From positions 2,439,805 to 2,503,804 of the forward strand of contig OZ254086.1 of assembly GCA_965267575.1 (NCBI GenBank): DNA of 64,000 bases. The letters are read 5' to 3'. The DNA is from Calditrichales bacterium. GTDB lineage: Bacteria; Calditrichota; Calditrichia; Calditrichales; J004. The notes under the pieces are model-generated. The model worked only from the letters and a program-made list of their open reading frames with translations, made no database searches and had not been told where the DNA came from. Shown here piece after piece: positions 58,938 to 64,000 of this stretch. The first letter of the stretch is position 1, and each line of letters opens with the position of its first letter. A program made the position numbers and the translations under genes.

Positions 58938-60314
58938 TTAAAGAATGCCCTGCAGCGAGCCCGTGGCCTTGTGCAGCTGGTAACGGGCCACTTGGTATTC
59001 ATACAGCGAACGGGCGTAATTCATCCTCGCCTGGGTCAGGGCAAGCCGCGAATTCAATACATCCAGCTGCGTATTGCTGCCCTCTTCGTAGAGTAATCCT
59101 GCCAGGCGCAAGGCCTCGGCAGCCAGTTTGACTGTTTCATTGGCCGAGCGGAATTTCTGCTGCGCCTCGCGGAATTTATTGTGCGCAAGCTCCACTTCAG
59201 CCGCGATGCCGTCGCGGATCTGCTTGTCATTTTGCTGCACGATCTTCAGGTCGATTTGCGCCTTCTGGTACTCCTGGCTGGAACGGAAGCCGCTGAACAG
59301 CGGGATTTGCAAGCTGATGCCCGACGTAAAGCCCTGGTTGAAATCATCCGACGTGAAGTTGAAATCGTTACGGCTGGCCAGGTATGAAAAATCGGTGGCA
59401 AAGAAAAGCTTTGGTAAAAAGGCACTGCGGGCAATGGTGATGCCGCGCCGGCCAATCTCCATCTGCTGCTCGGCGATCTGTCGTTCCGGACGCTGCTCCA
59501 CGGCCATCAGTTGCAGCTCCGCAAGCGACAAAGAATCAAATTCTTCGGTTGCAAAAGTAAGCTCGCCGTTTACGCTGATGGCCACATCATTACTTAACCC
59601 AATGATCACGCGCAGGCGAGTAAGCGCGTTTTGCCTGTTGTTGCGCGCGGAAATCAGCTCCGGCTGCAGGTTGGCCACCTCCACTTCCGCCCGCATTTTA
59701 TCAAAACCGGAGGCCGAGCCGGCTTTGTATTTTTTCAGCACAATATCCAGGTTGGCTTCGGCCTGTTTCAGCGCCTCTTCCTGCACGTTGATCAGTTCTT
59801 CCGCCAGCAGGCAGGCATAAAAGGCGTCCGTGGTCTGTAGCAGCAGGTTTTGCCTTTTGGATTCCATCGCGGCCATACTCGCTTTTTCGGCAGCATAGGC
59901 GGCTTTTATCCCGGCGATACCGGCGCCACCGAGGTACAGCGGCTGGCTCAGCGAAGCGCCGTAGGTGAGGCTGTTTTCGAGGCCAAAGGCGATGTTTACA
60001 AAGTCCGGCATTCCGGGAGGCGCGGAAGGCCCCAGCATGGTTTTGATAAAGTTGGGTATGGTCGACTCCTGGATGGTCCAGGCATGCTGCAGGTTGGCGG
60101 AGGCGTTAAGCTGCGGCAGGATCTGCGAATAGGCTATGCGGATATCCGCGCCGGATTTTTGTACCTCTTTTTGGGCAATCTGGAAATCTGGATTATGTTC
60201 CAGCGCCATAGCGATGCTCGATTCCAGCGTCAAAGCCAGGGGTTGGTTTTCGCCCGCCTGCAATCCGCCAGATGCCAGCAGAAGGGCGCATATCATAAAG
60301 GTGTACGGTTTCAT
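58938..60314 (-). CDS. TolC-family outer-membrane efflux protein
   Basis: Two OEP repeats, a signal peptide and typical coiled-coil heptads. Confidence 0.88.
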   Translation of the reverse strand: MKPYTFMICALLLASGGLQAGENQPLALTLESSIAMALEHNPDFQIAQKEVQKSGADIRIAYSQILPQLNASANLQHAWTIQESTIPNFIKTMLGPSAPPGMPDFVNIAFGLENSLTYGASLSQPLYLGGAGIAGIKAAYAAEKASMAAMESKRQNLLLQTTDAFYACLLAEELINVQEEALKQAEANLDIVLKKYKAGSASGFDKMRAEVEVANLQPELISARNNRQNALTRLRVIIGLSNDVAISVNGELTFATEEFDSLSLAELQLMAVEQRPERQIAEQQMEIGRRGITIARSAFLPKLFFATDFSYLASRNDFNFTSDDFNQGFTSGISLQIPLFSGFRSSQEYQKAQIDLKIVQQNDKQIRDGIAAEVELAHNKFREAQQKFRSANETVKLAAEALRLAGLLYEEGSNTQLDVLNSRLALTQARMNYARSLYEYQVARYQLHKATGSLQGIL

Positions 60315-60325
60315 TTTTCGCTCCG

Positions 60326-60931
60326 TTATTCGTTGATGCCCAGAAAGAGCGTGTTTACGATCTCTTCAGCCAGGCTGTCACTTAATATTTTATCTTCGCT
60401 GTTTAGCTGCTTCCAGGTGAAGTGTGTAATGGCCGCGACAAAAAGCTCGGCGGCCATTTCCGGTTTGGCCCGCGGCCCAAATTCACCGCTCGCGATGCCT
60501 TCCTTAAGCAGATCGATCAGGAGCTTGCGCCGTTTCATGGCCTCGTCCACGTACTTTTCCAGAAAGGGCAGTTTTTCCGGCTGCGTAAACAGCACAAGGA
60601 AAAATTTTGCCAGCTCCGGGTAATCGGTCACCTGCCGGAAACGCAATCGCGCCAGGGTGATCATTTTTTCCTTGTAGCTCATTTCCTCCCGGATTATGTC
60701 TTCGAAAAGTTGTGTGTTAAAGCGCAGCACGGTCTCAACCAGTGTTTTGTAAATGCCTTCCTTGTTGCCAAAGTGGTAATAAATGGTGGGCTTGGACAGG
60801 CCTGTTCTTTGCGACAGTTCACGCATGGAAACGCCGTTGTATCCTTTTTGTGAAAAAAGTGTAACGGCCTCACGGAAGATGCGTGCTTTGCTGCTGTCCT
60901 TTTCAAATGGTTCATAAACAGATTTGGTCAT
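60326..60931 (-). CDS. TetR/AcrR-family transcriptional regulator
   Basis: HTH FSQKGYNGVSMRELSQRTGLSKPTIYYHFGNKEGIY. ATG at 60931 with a GGAGA RBS. Confidence 0.9.
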   Translation of the reverse strand: MTKSVYEPFEKDSSKARIFREAVTLFSQKGYNGVSMRELSQRTGLSKPTIYYHFGNKEGIYKTLVETVLRFNTQLFEDIIREEMSYKEKMITLARLRFRQVTDYPELAKFFLVLFTQPEKLPFLEKYVDEAMKRRKLLIDLLKEGIASGEFGPRAKPEMAAELFVAAITHFTWKQLNSEDKILSDSLAEEIVNTLFLGINE

Positions 60932-60952
60932 ATATTTCTCCGTACATTTACC

Positions 60953-60964
60953 TACCGTTCGGTA
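60953..60964. promoter_or_regulatory. Short inverted repeat upstream of the TetR gene; possible operator half-sites
   Basis: TACCG-TT-CGGTA lies 22 nt upstream of the TetR start. The arms are only 5 bp. Confidence 0.2.
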
Positions 60965-61214
60965 TATGCGCAAAGTTAACGAAAAGGCATCCACTTTGTT
61001 ACATATTTCTCAAACTTTTTTTAGCCTTGTTTTTGTCAACAGCCTAAAGCTACAATGCACACGCCACTAAAAAACTTTTTGATGATGAACGTGTGTTATA
61101 AATAGCCCAACGCCGGCGATGGCAGGATAAGCGGGGTCGTAATATTTGTATTATTTTTTCGATGCTATGATTATATTTGTGGCAGGTGTTTTTGAAGCAA
61201 CAGGAGAGCGAAAT

Positions 61215-61679
61215 ATGGAAGCCAAACGGAAAAGACTCGGCGAGCTGGTTTTGCGCAGCGCCAACCCGCAGGCGCTGGTTGAATTTTACCGCAATGTAAT
61301 TGGGCTTGAGCCTTACGCTAGATTAGGCAGCGCCACCTTCCTCAAAGTGGATGATGATTTTGAGGGGCATCCGCAGTTGCTGGCCATATTTAATCAATCG
61401 CATAGCTATAGCGGACCCAGGGATATGAGCCCGGATATGGCCGATTCGCGCCGTGGCACGCTGCAGCATTTTGCTTTTGTACTGGAGCATCAGCATTTCC
61501 TGAGTGAAAAAGAGCGTCTGCAGAAGAATAGTGTGGAATTCCAGCTGGCGGAGCATCCGCAGTTCGGTTGGCGTTCGCTCTACCTGCACGACCCCGACGG
61601 TAACTCAGTGGAGCTGGTTTGCTATGATGCTTCGGTTTTGGATAGCGCTGCCAACAAAAGAGCGCGACAATCTCACTAA
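61215..61679 (+). CDS. VOC/glyoxalase-family protein
   Basis: LVLRSANPQALVEFYRNVIGL...HFAFVL...SLYLHDPDGNSVEL. ATG at 61215 with an AGGAGA RBS. Confidence 0.75.
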   Translation: MEAKRKRLGELVLRSANPQALVEFYRNVIGLEPYARLGSATFLKVDDDFEGHPQLLAIFNQSHSYSGPRDMSPDMADSRRGTLQHFAFVLEHQHFLSEKERLQKNSVEFQLAEHPQFGWRSLYLHDPDGNSVELVCYDASVLDSAANKRARQSH

Positions 61680-61704
61680 CGGCATAGCCGCAGAAACAGT
61701 GTTA

Positions 61705-62553
61705 ATGAAAAATCTTACAGGCTTATTCGGACTCCTGCGATTTGAATTGCCGCTTTCGGCGGGTATATGTGTGGTAATGGGACAGATGCTGGCCCTGGGT
61801 GAGTTTGCTTCTCTGCCAACAACGTTGTTTGGTTTTTGCGCGGTCTTTTTTATCTCTGCCTCCATCCTCGTTCTTAATGATGTTATGGACGTGGAAACCG
61901 ACCGCGTCAACGCCCCGCAAAGGCCGATTCCCGCGGGCCTGGTGTCTCTGCCACAAGCGCTGATTTTTTCCGTTGTTCTTTTAATTGCCGGTTTGGGCTT
62001 CAGCCTGGCCAGCGGTTTTCCCGTTTTTGTAATTGCCGTTGTTCTCGCCCTGGTGGGATTTCTTTACAACCGTTATTTCAAAAAAAGCGGATTGCCCGGA
62101 AATCTTATGGTCAGTTTTTCCGTGGGAATGACCTTTGTATTTGGCGGGGCCACGGTCGGGATGCCGTTCAATAAAATGGTGCTCTTTTTCGCGCTGATTG
62201 CGGCATTGGTTGACCTGGCTGAAGAGATCGCCGCCGATGCCATGGACATGAAAGGAGACATGCTGATCCAGTCCAACTCACTGGCTATCAGGCGCGGTGC
62301 GCCGGCCGCGATACGGGTTAGTGTAGGCCTATTCTTCCTGGTGGTGCTGTTATCGCTTATTCCTTTTATGCTGGGCTGGTTTGGGCTTATTTACCTCATT
62401 CCCATCGGGATAATGGATATCGCGATTGCCTGGCCGGCTTTGCGCCTTTTACGCGCCAAAGACGAAGAGGGCCGCGTACTTATCCGGTATATTTATCTCG
62501 GCGCGACCTTTGGCCTCGTAGTGTTCCTTATTATGCGGATGAGTGGCGTGTAA
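61705..62553 (+). CDS. UbiA-family prenyltransferase
   Basis: NDVMDVETDRVNAPQRPIP (first Asp-rich motif) and DAMDMKGD (second). About 8 TM helices. The 5' extension of ORF 61504..62553 overlaps the VOC gene and is not coding-like. Confidence 0.85.
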   Translation: MKNLTGLFGLLRFELPLSAGICVVMGQMLALGEFASLPTTLFGFCAVFFISASILVLNDVMDVETDRVNAPQRPIPAGLVSLPQALIFSVVLLIAGLGFSLASGFPVFVIAVVLALVGFLYNRYFKKSGLPGNLMVSFSVGMTFVFGGATVGMPFNKMVLFFALIAALVDLAEEIAADAMDMKGDMLIQSNSLAIRRGAPAAIRVSVGLFFLVVLLSLIPFMLGWFGLIYLIPIGIMDIAIAWPALRLLRAKDEEGRVLIRYIYLGATFGLVVFLIMRMSGV

Positions 62554-62561
62554 ATCGCCCA

Positions 62562-63653
62562 TTAAGGTTTCCTGGTAAACTCAATTTTCCAGTTCTGCGT
62601 TGTTGTTTCTCCGCGGTCCGATGTGTTCAGCGAGTGCCATTTATAGCTGTCCTGCTGCATATCGTGGAAAATCCAGTAAGAGTAGGGTTGTGCCGCGTCA
62701 GCCTGGAACGCGGTTAGGATAATTCGGTTCTCATCTTTTACCCCGCCAAAATGCAGCACGGTATTAAAGCGGTTGGTAACAAACAGATTTTCCCAGCGGC
62801 GCATGGCGCGGTTGTACATGCGGATGATCGTCGTGGCAGCCTCGGGCAGGTTGGGGTCTGTATTAAACCAATTGTATTCCATAACGGCCCTGCCATCCAG
62901 CGTAAAAACAGCCGTGGCATTAGCCCTCCATTGTACGCGACGGCCGGCCTGCGGCAAATACATGTCATGCATGGCTTTCCATTCTCCCACCAGGAAATCA
63001 AATTGATCGGCTTCCGCTGCCCTGTCTTTTGCCGCCACGCCGTAACCTGCGCCGGAATCCGGTAGAACAATAGTCTGATCGCCACGCAGGTACTCTTTTG
63101 TGAGTACGGTACTCCAGGTGTCACCATCGGTGGAGCTTTGCAGAGTATAACGTTTGTTATTTTCTGATACGGATGTCCACGTAGCGCGGTAGTGCTGTAG
63201 TTGTATGCTGCCGCGAGGGCGTTCGCTGTTGTACAGGACTAGTTTTCCTGCCATCATGTTGCCGCTAAATACGCTGCAGTTTTCCTTGTAGCCATCGGCA
63301 ATGCCCATAGACCAAACCGGGACATTGCGTCCTTTAACAAGCATGGTAATAACTTCGTAGTGTTTTCCGCTGCCCTGATAGTTTCCGCTAAAATAACGTT
63401 CAATGTAGCCGTGCCCACGGTTGAATAATGAGATATGGGCCTGCCCTTTAAATACCTTCTGCGTCGTATCGTTTACGGCTACAGTTGTCGTCACATCCCA
63501 GTCGCCCAGCCATGTTTGCAGGGCTTCCGTGCCCGCTGGTGCGTCGGAGCTGGGCCGGGTCATTTTTAAACCCTGGTCAAAGATGCGACCGTTTTTGCCG
63601 GTTTGAGCAAAGATAAACGTAGTGATAAATAAACTAAGAATGATAAAACGCAT
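62562..63653 (-). CDS. Secreted hypothetical protein (two internally similar halves)
   Basis: Signal peptide MRFIILSLFITTFIFAQ. No catalytic motif recognised. Confidence 0.6.
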   Translation of the reverse strand: MRFIILSLFITTFIFAQTGKNGRIFDQGLKMTRPSSDAPAGTEALQTWLGDWDVTTTVAVNDTTQKVFKGQAHISLFNRGHGYIERYFSGNYQGSGKHYEVITMLVKGRNVPVWSMGIADGYKENCSVFSGNMMAGKLVLYNSERPRGSIQLQHYRATWTSVSENNKRYTLQSSTDGDTWSTVLTKEYLRGDQTIVLPDSGAGYGVAAKDRAAEADQFDFLVGEWKAMHDMYLPQAGRRVQWRANATAVFTLDGRAVMEYNWFNTDPNLPEAATTIIRMYNRAMRRWENLFVTNRFNTVLHFGGVKDENRIILTAFQADAAQPYSYWIFHDMQQDSYKWHSLNTSDRGETTTQNWKIEFTRKP

Positions 63654-63775
63654 GTTTGCCTCCGTCTGACATTATGGTGGGTTTTAGCGGGCACGGGCGC
63701 AGTATACGGAAATGCCTTTAGAATGTTATCACAGAAGTGTAACAGAGCAGACTTTAAGAGGAGGCACTTGAAAGG

Positions 63776-64000
63776 CTATTTATCCGCCCGGCTTTTTTTG
63801 TTAAGCATTTCCACAATGGAGGGCAGCTCTTCCGGCTCCACCATGCGGTTACGCTGACCAATCATCTTGATCACCGCCAGCACCTCGTTTACCAGCTCAT
63901 CGGGCAGATCATTAAGCCCCTGGGAGCGCAGGGCGTAGCGCACGGAGGTTATGCCCGACATATGATCCAGGGCGAAATGCCTCTCCCTGCCCAGGATGTC
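63776..64000 (-). CDS. C-terminal fragment of a gene running off the window; possibly an HMGL-like (isopropylmalate/homocitrate/citramalate synthase-type) protein
   Basis: The frame stays open to nt 64000 (DILGRERHFALDHMSGITSVRYALRSQGL...). The resemblance to the regulatory/linker part of HMGL-like synthases is weak. Confidence 0.35.
   Translation of the reverse strand, partial: DILGRERHFALDHMSGITSVRYALRSQGLNDLPDELVNEVLAVIKMIGQRNRMVEPEELPSIVEMLNKKSRADK

Noticed and set aside
61504-61704. 5' extension of the UbiA ORF overlapping the VOC gene.
   Set aside because: The extension is out of character (Cys/Trp/Arg-rich) and overlaps a well-supported gene. A good ATG at 61705 begins the first TM segment.

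Overview
This is a 64-kb bacterial chromosomal window, dense with genes on both strands. All assignments come from reading the ORF translations and DNA by eye; no searches were run.

Lineage: five secreted proteins end in the same Por/T9SS-type C-terminal sorting domain (NYPNPFNP...YFY...KMxLxK), and there is a short RpoD-like sigma factor. I take this to mean an FCB-superphylum organism, possibly Calditrichota- or KSB1-like. That is inference only.

Core blocks:
- LytS/LytTR two-component pair
- ECF sigma/anti-sigma pair
- deoB and two EutN/CcmL genes
- RpoD-like sigma, M23 peptidase, CapA, gatC-kdsB-pyrG
- GGDEF protein, HAD hydrolase, queD-queE-queF-queC
- EamA transporter, MgtE cassette, katG
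- TetR regulator with a TolC-MFP-RND efflux operon
- VOC-family protein and UbiA prenyltransferase

The middle of the window (about 29.9-51.7 kb) is a mosaic accessory region:
1. A low-GC lipoprotein gene lies beside a TrkA-C gene remnant.
2. The 3' end of a small membrane-protein gene occurs three times (34.45, 38.09 and 39.15 kb). These copies bracket a 5'-truncated Mg2+ transport cassette and then a roughly 5.4-kb island.
3. That island holds an 1100-aa SF2 helicase with a C-terminal PD-(D/E)xK-like module, followed by a low-GC orphan P-loop NTPase. This is the best candidate for an undescribed defence-type system.
4. The katG 3' end, its terminator and adjacent repeat units are duplicated about 2.7 kb apart, flanking a 2.2-kb cargo.
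5. An IS200-like HUH/Y1 (RAYT-type) transposase gene sits inside an ordered array of four-hairpin REP-like units.

I found no rRNA, tRNA, CRISPR array, integrase or phage structural genes.
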